This document shows, piece after piece, positions 46,601 through 55,800 of a stretch of DNA of 64,000 nucleotides. Positions within the stretch are counted from its first letter, which is position 1. The number at the start of each line of letters is the position of its first letter. The stretch is from Mobula birostris (Eukaryota), in NCBI RefSeq assembly GCF_030028105.1, contig NC_092370.1, positions 232,854,005-232,918,004 of the forward strand, in the 5' to 3' direction. A program made the position numbers and the translations under genes. The notes below the pieces were generated by a model, which was given only the letters and a program-made list of their open reading frames with translations, was not told where the DNA came from and did not search any database.

Positions 46601-49456
46601 AGAGCTGGCAGGGACTTGATGGGTGGTCAATATCTTATACATCTTCATTATATCCCAAAGTTCTTTCCACCTAATGAAATAGTTTTGAATTGTGAACAAT
46701 ACTTGTTTAAATAGACTCTGGTCTATAACTTGAATTTCTGCACATGGTGCCTGGTGAATTCAACATATAAGTAATTAAAACTTGCTTGAATACCAGGTTC
46801 AAACAGCAGAAGGATCAGGATCGAGATATCAGTGAGCTGATTGCACTGGGTGTACCACATCAACATGTATCATCTGAACTAGCCTATGACCAAAGACTCT
46901 TCAACCAGAACAAGGTAAAATAATGTGGTCAATGCAAAGGAGTTACATAGCTTGATTTATGCAATAGTTTTCCTCATTCCTTAAAAAAATAAAACTAGCT
47001 GTCGCTGGTATTTGCTTTCCCAAATCTTACTTAACATTATTAAACCACTATAATGTGCTGTATGTACAATCCAGGTATTCCATCTGGAAAATATAGATCA
47101 CAATTCAACAAATCTGCTGAAAAGGTCATTTCTCTATAATGAACAGGGAAAGCAAAAACCAAATAATATTGCCACCCAGCCTATGGGGGAGCAAAATAGT
47201 CACACTTTATACAATGTGGCAAGATATTAATGATCTTGATATGCCACCTCAAATTACTCATTAACCCCAGCAAGTGGACCTCACATACTTGTGATTCGAA
47301 CCAGATTATGAAAGTTGTTTCTCATTAGAAAAGTACTGAGCAAAATACTTCAGAAGCCTCATATCATAGATGAATCTACGTAGAGCTTTCAGTGATAAAA
47401 TTGTTTTCTGTTGAGGGCTAAATGACCCATTTATAAACCTGTTAAGCTTTTATTTTTTTTTTGGGCTGCAGTATGGGACTGGATCTCAAAATTAAGATGC
47501 TTAAAGCAGTTCCTATCTGCATCCTGTGGAAAGTAAATTGAGTGAACCTCGTATTTTTAATTTAAAAGAAACTTGAAAATTGAGTCATAGCCCAGAAACA
47601 GGCTGTTTGGCCCATCTAGTCCAAATCAAACTATTAACCTTCCCAGTGTCATTAACCTGCACCCAATCCATAGTACTCCATGTACCTATCCAGACCTCAC
47701 ATAAATTTTGAAATTGAATATGCTTCTGCTGGCAGCTCGTTCAACACTCACCACCCTCTGAGAAAAGTTCCCCTGCATGTTTCACCCTTAACCCATGACT
47801 TCTAGTTTTAATCTCGCTAGGAGCAACTGGATTCTCTGGTTTAAACCATTGATGAGCAGTAATGATGCAGCTGATATTTTTGCAGGGCATGGACAGTGGC
47901 TTTGCAGGTGGAGAGGACGAACTTTACAATGTTTATGACCAGCCATGGAGAGCTGGCAAAGACATGGCACAAAGTGTGTACAGACCAACCAAAAATGCTG
48001 ATAAAGACACCTATGGTGATGATTTGGACACATTTATGAAAAACAACCGGTAAGTAACTCACAGTAGCATTCTTTTTTGCCTTACCTCATTTTTTTTTTA
48101 AACCTGTTGACTTGTCTGTTATAAATACTCCTTCATTCTGCAAAGTAAATTTTAAATCATCCAAAACTAGGCTGAGAGTGTATCTTCCTTCAAGATGTTG
48201 TAATATATGTTGTTCTAATTCTTGGGCATTCAGCTTTTAATCTCCAGTTGTGGCTTCAACTGTTAGATAGTAAGCCTCTAAATTCTCCCTAAGTCTCTCC
48301 CCAGGATGCTCCTATAAATTTATCAAAATATAAACAAATCATATATCAAACAGCACAGGAACTTGCCCTTCAGCCCATGTGCCAAATCAATCAAATTAGT
48401 AATCAGATTGCCAACTAATCTCTTTTGCCTGTACAATGTCCATATCCTTCCATTCTCCTCACATATGTGCCTACCTAAATGCCTCTTAAAAGTCCCTAAT
48501 GTACTTAGCATACCAGGCACTCAACACTCTGTATAAAAACACTTGCTTCTCGCTTCTCCTTTGAAATTACTCCCTCTCACTTTAAATGCATGCCTCTGGT
48601 ATTAGACATTTCAACCCTGGGAAAAATATATTACTTGCCTACTGTATCAGATCCGCCACTCCAGAGAAAACAACCCAAGTTTGCCCAACCTCTCATTATA
48701 GATCATACCCTTTAATCCAGGTAGCATCCTGGTAAACCTCTTCTGCACCTTCTCCAAAGCCTCTATATCCTTCCTATAATGGAGCAACCAGAACTGTATG
48801 CAGTACTCCAGATGCAGCCTAACTAGAATTCTCTAAAACAGCAACATAATCCTCAACAAATTAATAGCTGTCCAAAGAAAGTTAACGTTTTCAAATCATC
48901 GATCTTTCATGAGAATAACTACTAACTATGGTTTCTCTTTTGAGAGGATTGGTGTCACTGCTCTTGTGCAATACAATTTGTTGCTTTGGAAATGTGCCTT
49001 AAGAACAATTAAGGTTTAGACAGTAAAAAAAAAATTCTAAAACATTTGTATAATTAACTCATTTTACTGTAAATCTTGGCATGAGTAAGTTTGGCAGAAG
49101 CCTCTTGTGTAGATGTAGCTTCTCAATGGAAATAAAGTTTCAACTCTAATGTTTTCTTCAATACCATTTGCTTACATTGATTGAATCACTTGTGCACAAC
49201 TAGTTTTGAGAATTATCCCACAAAATATAAATTAATTGTCATTTTCTTTTTTAGGTTTGTCCCTGACAGGGAATTTTCTGGTACAGACCGCAAACAGCGT
49301 CGTGAAGGCCCTGTTCAGTTTGAGAGGGATGAAGAAGATCCCTTCGGGCTGGATAAGTTCTTGGAGGAAGCCAAGCAACATGGTGGTTCAAAGAGACCTG
49401 AAAGTGGCCGTTCAAAAGAATACGAACATGAGGGAAAGAAGCGAAGAAAGGAATAG
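19589..49456 (+). CDS. SNW1: SNW domain-containing protein 1 (SKIP/Prp45 spliceosomal factor), 14 coding exons, 537 aa
   Basis: Joined exons 19589-19602, 23875-24028, 26463-26624, 28928-29023, 31226-31332, 34568-34672, 35828-35897, 38026-38091, 39906-40022, 40151-40292, 43015-43111, 46797-46914, 47886-48049, 49255-49456 give 1614 nt. All introns are GT-AG with consistent phases. The translation MALTSFLPAPTQLSQDQLE...[29 protein letters not shown]...EGKKRRKE matches vertebrate SNW1, including the SNW motif. Confidence 0.98.
22320..22650 (+). mobile_element. Rex1/Babar 3' fragment
   Basis: IESILSGCVTAWYGNC ... GRKYKSLK..SRLKESFYP. Confidence 0.7.
22760..22965 (-). repeat. V-SINE/HE1-like SINE
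   Basis: tttggactgtgggaggaaa...ggaaaccca core. Confidence 0.65.
23875..24028 (+). CDS. SNW1: SNW1 exon 2
   Basis: ttttcaag|..FLPAPTQLSQDQLEADEKARAQRARQTALVASRREPPPYGHRKGWIPRSLE|gtacat. Confidence 0.97.
26463..26624 (+). CDS. SNW1: SNW1 exon 3
   Basis: ctccag|DFGDGGAFPEIHMAQFPLDMGRKKKSSNALPVQVDAEGKIKFDAIARQGQSKDK|gtacag. Confidence 0.97.
26628..28679 (+). mobile_element. Tigger/pogo DNA transposon (Jerky/TIGD-like transposase remnant), internally deleted, with a nested HERO fragment
   Basis: TA TSDs at 26626-26627 and 28680-28681; TIRs CAGTCGACCTTCACTAATC / GATTAGTGAAGGTAGACCTG; HTH KRKHRTLSIKDKVELL, CENP-B HTH SEGWLHQFKQRHG, and DDE start VYNADETALYW. Confidence 0.9.
27731..28500 (+). mobile_element. 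HERO-clade (R2 group) non-LTR retrotransposon 3' fragment encoding a restriction-like endonuclease
   Basis: Open frame 27731-28360: LEHILSGC...RYRWRHDQVL...PDIVLVSESTKQVVLLELTVPWE...KLSKY...PVEVGCRGF (PD-(D/E)xK RLE domain). Confidence 0.85.
28928..29023 (+). CDS. SNW1: SNW1 exon 4
   Basis: cttcag|VIYSKFTDLIPKEVINEDDPDLQRPDEDSIKE|gtaaac. Confidence 0.97.
29135..29630 (+). mobile_element. CR1 3' fragment
   Basis: RTRGHSLKI...[14 protein letters not shown] plus CR1 3' UTR. Confidence 0.8.
31226..31332 (+). CDS. SNW1: SNW1 exon 5
   Basis: ttacag|LTEKTRSALEKQVSQKVAAAMPVRAAEKLAPAQYIR|gttaga. Confidence 0.97.
31480..32070 (-). mobile_element. Older Penelope 3' fragment (GIY-YIG C-terminus plus pseudo-LTR)
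   Basis: PVATHFNS...KLEEQHFIFCLRSLQ followed by the pLTR-type tail. Confidence 0.75.
32930..33290 (-). repeat. RTE-type SINE-like element with (ATG)n tail
   Basis: catcatcatcat tail; gaagtggtttaccattgcc segment typical of RTE 3' ends. Confidence 0.45.
33655..33915 (+). repeat. V-SINE/HE1-like SINE
   Basis: tRNA-like head tagcgtagcagttagcg...gagttcaact, followed by V-like core. Confidence 0.6.
34568..34672 (+). CDS. SNW1: SNW1 exon 6
   Basis: atgcag|YTPSQQGVAFNSGAKQRVIRMVEMQKDPMEPPRFK|gtaagt. Confidence 0.97.
34985..35310 (+). mobile_element. CR1 3' end fragment (same family)
   Basis: RGHSFKVLGSRYRGDVRGRFFTQRVV plus tail. Confidence 0.85.
35470..35755 (-). repeat. tRNA-derived V-SINE/HE1-like SINE
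   Basis: V-domain-like gggtttTcaccgggtgctctgatttcctctcagtccaaagac; tRNA-like A/B-box head. Confidence 0.7.
35828..35897 (+). CDS. SNW1: SNW1 exon 7
   Basis: gtttag|INKKIPRGPPSPPAPVMHSPSRK|gtagga. Confidence 0.97.
38026..38091 (+). CDS. SNW1: SNW1 exon 8 (SNW motif)
   Basis: tttcag|[22 protein letters not shown]|gtaaag. Confidence 0.97.
39142..39677 (+). mobile_element. Non-autonomous Tc1-like element
   Basis: TA TSDs (39140-39141, 39678-39679); TIRs CATTCAGTGGCCACTTTATTAGGTAC / GTACCAAATAAAGTGGCCACTGTGTG; internal TIR copy near 39620; Tc1 transposase remnant. Confidence 0.85.
39906..40022 (+). CDS. SNW1: SNW1 exon 9
   Basis: ttacag|[39 protein letters not shown]|gtatct. Confidence 0.97.
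40151..40292 (+). CDS. SNW1: SNW1 exon 10
   Basis: ccttag|AREAVEMRAQVERKMAQKEKEKKEEKLRELAQIARERRAGIKTHIEK|gtagga. Confidence 0.97.
40622..40702. mobile_element. Small hAT-like MITE
   Basis: Termini CAGTGGTTCCTAACC ... GGTTGGGAACCCCTC. Confidence 0.55.
41190..41800 (+). mobile_element. Short Penelope derivative: inverted pLTR end, GIY-YIG C-terminus, then pLTR
   Basis: ttcatattctgtctaggtagcctccaacctgatgg matches the PLE C-terminus; the termini are inverted repeats. Confidence 0.7.
43015..43111 (+). CDS. SNW1: SNW1 exon 11
   Basis: ccccag|EENETRERDEIRHERRKDRQHDRNLARAAPDRR|gtatgt. Confidence 0.96.
43400..45300 (+). mobile_element. Highly decayed ancient LINE relic (CR1/Jockey-group-like)
   Basis: Residual APE- and RT-like segments (..DFN.H..W; LAKLFQY..NTGIY); many stops; interrupted by a SINE. 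Confidence 0.4.
45351..45385 (+). ncRNA. Degenerate hammerhead motif in a pLTR fragment (SNW1 intron 11, sense)
   Basis: AGTC CTGATGA A GGGT TCA GCTC GAAA TG TT GGCT; stems maintained by G-U pairs. Confidence 0.5.
45850..46110 (-). repeat. V-SINE/HE1-like SINE
   Basis: Same family as 35470-35755. Confidence 0.65.
46797..46914 (+). CDS. SNW1: SNW1 exon 12
   Basis: taccag|FKQQKDQDRDISELIALGVPHQHVSSELAYDQRLFNQNK|gtaaaa. Confidence 0.94.
47886..48049 (+). CDS. SNW1: SNW1 exon 13
   Basis: ttgcag|GMDSGFAGGEDELYNVYDQPWRAGKDMAQSVYRPTKNADKDTYGDDLDTFMKNNR|gtaagt. Confidence 0.97.
48350..48855 (-). mobile_element. Degenerate CR1 3' fragment
   Basis: Similar to the 3' region of the other CR1 copies. 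Confidence 0.65.
49255..49456 (+). CDS. SNW1: SNW1 exon 14 (terminal, C-terminal NLS KKRRKE)
   Basis: ttttag|FVPDREFSGTDRKQRREGPVQFERDEEDPFGLDKFLEEAKQHGGSKRP...EGKKRRKE-TAG. Confidence 0.97.
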
Positions 49457-49612
49457 ATGAACTTTTATAATACTATTATGTTTCAACAAAATTCAGTTCA
49501 AACCAACGTCCCTAGCATTTGTTTCTGCATGGACTTGCTGTATATCATGGCTACAACACAACCTGGAAACAATTTCCTTGTGTGAATTTCCTTTACAGTG
49601 ATGTTCCTGTAA

Positions 49613-49642
49613 AGTAAAATTCAATCTATTTTTCTAATTAAA
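49613..49642 (+). terminator. Candidate SNW1 polyadenylation signals (AGTAAA 49613, ATTAAA 49637)
   Basis: First variant hexamers after the SNW1 stop codon; the first canonical AATAAA is at 49836. Confidence 0.5.
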
Positions 49643-49698
49643 AAGCTAATGTAAGCACGCAAGAAAATGCAAAGGGGAGATTTTAAACATTACAACTG

Positions 49699-49704
49699 TT
49701 TATT
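49699..49704 (-). terminator. SLIRP polyadenylation signal AATAAA
   Basis: tttatt on the + strand, about 50 nt past the SLIRP stop codon. Confidence 0.75.
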
Positions 49705-49753
49705 CATCAACTTTAAGACAAAAACAAATTGAACTACACCCTCCATATCGGTA

Positions 49754-49825
49754 TCAACTTGCTGATTCGGTAATTTTCTTGGCTCCTTGTCTTTGGAATA
49801 ATTTTCTGTTCCTCTGAACTTGAAG
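49754..49825 (-). CDS. SLIRP: SLIRP exon 4 (terminal)
   Basis: ttctcttcacag|[26 protein letters not shown], followed by AATAAA about 50 nt downstream. Confidence 0.92.
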   Translation of the reverse strand, partial: LQVQRNRKLFQRQGAKKITESAS

Positions 49826-52800
49826 CTGTGAAGAGAATAAATTTTTAATGAGTTATTCAATTTCTACTTTTGCTTTAGTGTAATACCAACATTATCCGCA
49901 TGGAAGAGTGTTGCTGTAAACTATAATATTAAAACAGAAGAGTAGCCAGGTAGTTGGCTAAATGCAGCAAATGGCATTGAGGATCTTGGCTAAACTTTGC
50001 CTTTGTAATATAGGTCTGGTGATGTTACTATTGGTAGCCCATTTCTGTTCTTTTTTAAAATAAAACAAATTTTCTTTTGCCTTTTGTGGATTTATTTTCT
50101 GAGGAGGTTATTTTGGAAAATTTAATAAAAATCAATGGCACTTCCATGCCCATGATTTTCAAGAGGTAAACCATCAATTGCCCTTGAACCTACTCTGCCA
50201 CCATACAACCAGTCTCCAACACTAGTTCTTCCCTCTCCTCCTTCATAGTTCAAAGATGTTGGCCTTTGACGATATCAGTCTCATCAAGAAGTTTAAGCCT
50301 AGTTCCAAAACCTCGGTTTTCCCTTCTTCACACAATCTGTTTAAAATGCAAATGCAACCAAACAGCTTATCTAATTTTTCAGGAAATCCTGATGATTCAC
50401 CAGAGTCTTATTCACATGTTCCCATAAACACAGTTCAATAAAAAATCCCAACTAACTTTTTAATTAACTTAGTTTGATACTAAGAGTCATTTGAATAGTC
50501 TAGAAAATCTTACAGTCCTACAGAACCCAAGAAGCTATATTCTATATCCCTCCTTAAAAATATCAAGACTACTTAGTACTCCATTCCTACATACCCTATG
50601 ATTTCTTAATGCTAGCTTTACTGCAAATTATCCCACACGCACCACAGTTGATGCAGACAGCAGCTACAAACTGAAGACATTTGTTTTGAAGTGGCTCTCT
50701 TCATCATCAGGAGAGTTTCATGAACATCAAATTATTTCCTCATACTTTGAATAAAAGAAAACAGCATTTTAAAATTACCTTTGCACCTTCAATATTATGT
50801 ACTTCTGTCTGCAGCACATTCTGAAGTCCTTCTTCTGTAGTGAAGCTGACCCAACAAAATCCTTTGTGAAATCCAGTTTCCTTGTCCTGTAATATGAATT
50901 TGGTCAATGAGCATTACAAATCAATTTACTGCTATTTCTGCAAATATTTGAATTCATGTCCGTCTCTGCCTCTGGAATTGTAACAAACATTTTTCTCTCA
51001 GATGCCACCTGATGTGAGTTCTTTCAGCATTTTGTTTTCAAATCCAAAAGAAATACAGCACAGCTGTTGGAAATCTGGAATAACAAATCAGTGGAAATAC
51101 TTCACAGGTCAGGCAGCATTTATGGAGAGATTAGAATTAACATCCCAGGCCAAGGACCTTTTATCAAAAAAAGGGAAATATATAAATGAAGTTAGCTTGA
51201 AGTTTTAAGCCTGTGGAGACCTGCAGGAGGTGAGTGACAATGTTGGTGGTGATGCCAGTTGGAGGGAAAAAACATGCAGTGTTAGTGAATAACATTGGAT
51301 AGTTGGTTGAATTGTGAATGAAGAAATGACTAAAATTTGAAATTACAAGAAAACAGGCTTCAATATATTCCAAGGGGTCTAATCCCTTTAATTTACTTAG
51401 CAAGCTTCTTCGCACAGAAGGTTGGTTGAGGCAAGAAGCCAGGAGGAGATAGGTGAAAGACATAAATCACTGAAGGAGGGAACTATTAGATGACATCTTC
51501 ACCTATCAGCTTGTACTCATTCCCCTCTCCCCACCTTCTTATTCTGGATACCGCCTCCTTCCTTTCCTGTTCCTGATGAAGGATCTTGGTCCGAAAAGTT
51601 GACTGTTCATTCCCCTCCATTTTAGCCTAATTTGTTTACAAGCCAATCTCTATCAGTGTCTATATTTTACTTCCTCTACTTTGTGCAACAAACTGAGAAA
51701 GCACCTTGGCAAAAGACCAGAAATCGAAGAACAATTCATCCATCAATTACTAAAAAAAAGGTTAGTTTTATTTGCCACACGTACATTGAAACACATAATG
51801 TATTGTTTTGCATCAACTCAAATTAGTGAGAATGTGCTGGGGCAGCAAGCAAATGTCACCGTACTTCTGGTGCTCACATACTATGCCCATAGCTTGCTAC
51901 TGTTAACCGTACACCTTTGGAATGTGAATAAACTGGAGCAAATCCACATGGTCACAGAGAGCAGACTGAACCTCCTCACAGGCTGCAGCAGGAATAAAAC
52001 CCTAACCAGTGATTACTGGCGCTGGAAAGGGATTACACTAACCACCATGCTACCCCACAATTTCTCTTTATCTGCAATACTTTCCTACTTCCAAAAACCA
52101 AATAAACAGGACAACATGATTTCCTAAAGTTTCCCGATTACCTTTTTTTTTTAAACACATCTTTAATAATATGTACAAGGAGGGCCAGAATCACCTCTAC
52201 TTCCTGAGGAGACTGAGGCCCTTTGAAGTATGCAAGCCCCTCCTTCACATGTTCTACCAGTCTGTTGACACCAGTACAATCTTTTATGCAGTGGTGTGCT
52301 GAGGCAATGGCATCAACACACGTGATGCCAACAAGCTCAGCAGAAAGGCTGGCTCTGTTATAGGAGTCCAACCGAACACACTGGAGGCTGTGGTAGAACA
52401 AAGGACTCTATGGAAAATCTTGGCAATTCTGGACAATGTTTCTCACTCTGCATGCCACCTTGGCTGAACAAAGGAGCATTTTCAGTAATAGACTAAGACA
52501 AATGTGCTGCTCCAAAGAGAGCATTAGGTCATTCTTACCCTCGGCCACTAGTCAACCTGTAGCTGGGGGAAATGATGACCCCCTCCTGTTAGACTGTTTG
52601 AGGTAACCGATTTTTTAAATTCTTTCTTACTTCTTGTCTAATATTTGTATATCTGTGCACTTACAATGCTACTGTGACACCGTAATTTCTATCTATCGGC
52701 TTTTCAATATTTTTCCAATGACATAATTAGGCTAAGTGGCCTATAGTTTCCAGTTCCCCAACTCATTCCTTGTTTGAATGAAGGAGCAAAACATTTGTAT

Positions 52801-55800
52801 TTTCTAATCTAACCAATTCAATAAGTTGTTAACTCAGCCAGCTCCATCATGGAGACCAGCGTCCCCAATAGTCAGAACATCTTCAAGGAGCAATGCCAGA
52901 AAAAGGTGGTCTCCTTCACCCAGGTCATGCCCTCTTCTCAGTGTTACCATCAGGGAGAAGGTACAGAAGTCTGAAGGCACACACTCAATGATTCATGAAT
53001 AACTTCTTCCCCTCTGCCACTCGATTTCTGAATGGACTGAGATCTCTTACTATCTCTTCTTTTAATTAGTCCTGATGAAGGGTCTTGGTCAGAAACGTCG
53101 ACTGTACCTCTTCCTATAGATGCTGCCTGGCCTGTTGCGTTCACCAACAATTTTTATGTGTGTTACTTTCTCACTACTTCTTTGTGGCTCCAGGATGAAG
53201 TCCACCAGAACTACTTGAAGCTCCAACTCAGCAACGTATTTCTAAGAATAATTTTCTCACTCTTTTCCAATTCCTGACTTATTTTAACCTTTGGGAATCC
53301 TTTCTGGTGAACACTATTGCAAAATATCTTTTTAATTCATCTGCTATGTCATTTCCCCATTATTAATCCCCAGACTCACTAGAGGACCACCCCTCACTTT
53401 GTTAACTCCTTTCTCTTTCAAATATCTATCAAATTATTTTTTTTACATTTAACACTAGCTTCAACTCATTTTTTTTTGTCTTTTTAGTCATCCTTTGCAA
53501 TTTTATCCTCTTTCATTCTGTGCAATTATACATTTTTTCTTCAAATATGATACTATTTAATTTAGGTAACTTAAGCTAGTTTTTGTATTCTCATAAATGT
53601 TTAAAATTGTAGAACATAAGAAATAGGAGCAGGAGTAGGCCATCTGGCCCGTCGAGCCTGCTCCACCATTCAATAAAATCATGGCTGATCTCACCACAGA
53701 CTCATCTCCATCTATCTGCCTTTTCCCCATAACCCTTAATTCCCCTACTATGCAACAATCTAACCAACCTTGCCTTAAATATATTTACTGAGGTAGCCTC
53801 CACTGCTTCATTAGGCAGGGAATTCCACAGATTCACCACTCTTTGGGAAAAAGAGTTCCTCCTCATCTTCATACTAAATTTACTCCCCCGAATCTTGAGG
53901 CTATGTCTCCTAGTTCTAGTCTCACCCACCAGTGGAAACAACTTTCCTGCCTCTATCTGATCTATTCCTTTCATGATTTTATACAGTTCTTTAAGATCTT
54001 CTCTCATTCTTCTGAATTCCAGCGAGTACAGTCCCAAGCAACTCAATCTCTCCTCATCTCTGGAATCAACCTGATGAACCTCCTCTGCACCACCCCCAAA
54101 GCCAGTATATCCTTCCTCAAATAAGGAGTCCAGAACTGCATACAATACTCAAGATGCAGCCTCACCAGTACCCTATACAGTTGCAGCATAATTTCCTGGT
54201 CTTAAATTCAATCCCTCCAGCAATGAAAGCCAACATTCCATTTGCCTTCTTGATAGCCTGCTGCACTTGCAAACCAACCTATTGCGATTCATACAGAAGC
54301 ACTCCCAAGTCTCTCTGCACAGCAGCATATTGCAATCTTTTACCCTTTAAATAATAACCTGATCTTCCATTTTTCCTTCCAAAGTGGATGACCTCACATT
54401 TACCAACATTGTACTCTACCAGAACCTTGCCCACTCATTTAACCTATCTTTATCTCTCTGCAGACTCTCCATATCTTCTGCACAATTTGCTTTTCCGCTC
54501 AATTTAGTGTCATCAGCAAACTTAGATACACAACACTCTGTCTCTTCTTCCAGATCATTAATGTATATCGTGAACAGTTGCAAGCCAGCACCAACTCCTG
54601 CCGCACTCCTCTCACCACTGATTGTCAACTAGAGTAACACCCATGTATCCCAATTCTCTGCTTTCTATTAGCTAACCAATCCTCTATCCATTCTAATACA
54701 TCACCCCCAACTCTATGCATCCTTATCTTACGGGTAAGTCTTTTATGCAGTACCTTATTGAACGCCTTCTGGAAATCCAAGTAAATAACATCCATTTGAT
54801 CCCCTCTATCCACTGCGCTTATTATATCCTCAAAGAACTCTAGTAAGTCTGTCAAGCAGGACCTGCCTTTGCAGAATCCATGCTGCACCTGCCTAATGGA
54901 TCCATTTTGTTCCAAATGCCTTGCTATTTAATCTTTAATGATAGCTTCAAGCATTTTCCCAACTACAGATGTTAAACTAACTAGCCTACAGTTACCTGCC
55001 TTTTGCCTACATCCTTTTGAACTGTGGTGTGACATTCGCCATCTTCTAACCTAACGGGAGATGCCCAGGGTCCAGAGAATTTTAGTAAATTATCACCAAA
55101 ACCTCTACTGGAACTTCTGCTATTTCTTTCAGTACCCTAGGATGCATTCCATCAGGACCAGGGGACTTACCTACCTTCAGGCCCACAAGTTTGCTCAGCA
55201 CTACCTCTTTAGTGATAGCTATAGTATTGGGGTCCTCGCCTCCCATCGCATCCATATCTCTTCGGCATGTTAGACGTGTCCTCCACCATGAAGACCAACA
55301 CAAAATAGTCTTTCAAAGCTTCTACCATTTCCTCATTACCCAGTATCAATTCGCCCCTCCTCGTCCTCCAAGGGACCTACATTAACTTTGGCCACCCTTT
55401 TCCACATTATATAATTATAAAAATTTTTACTATCTGTTTTTATGTTTTGTGCTAGTTCACTTTCGTAATCTAGCTTCCCTTTCTTTATTGCCCACTTAGT
55501 GGTTCTCTTACTTCTTAAAGTTTTCCCAATCTTCCAGTTTCCCACTACTTTTGGCGACTTTGTACACACAAGCTTTTAGTTTGATGCTTTCCCTTATTTC
55601 CTTAGTTATCTAAGGCTGGCTCTCCCCACCCTTACTGTCCTTGCTTTTAACTGGAATATACTTTTGTTGAGCACCATGAAAAATCTCTTTCAGTCTTCCA
55701 ATGTTCCTCAACCATCCCACCATAGCCTGGGTTCCCAGTCTACACTAGCCAAATCCTCCCTCATCCCATTGTAGTCTGCATTGTTTATGCATAATACACT

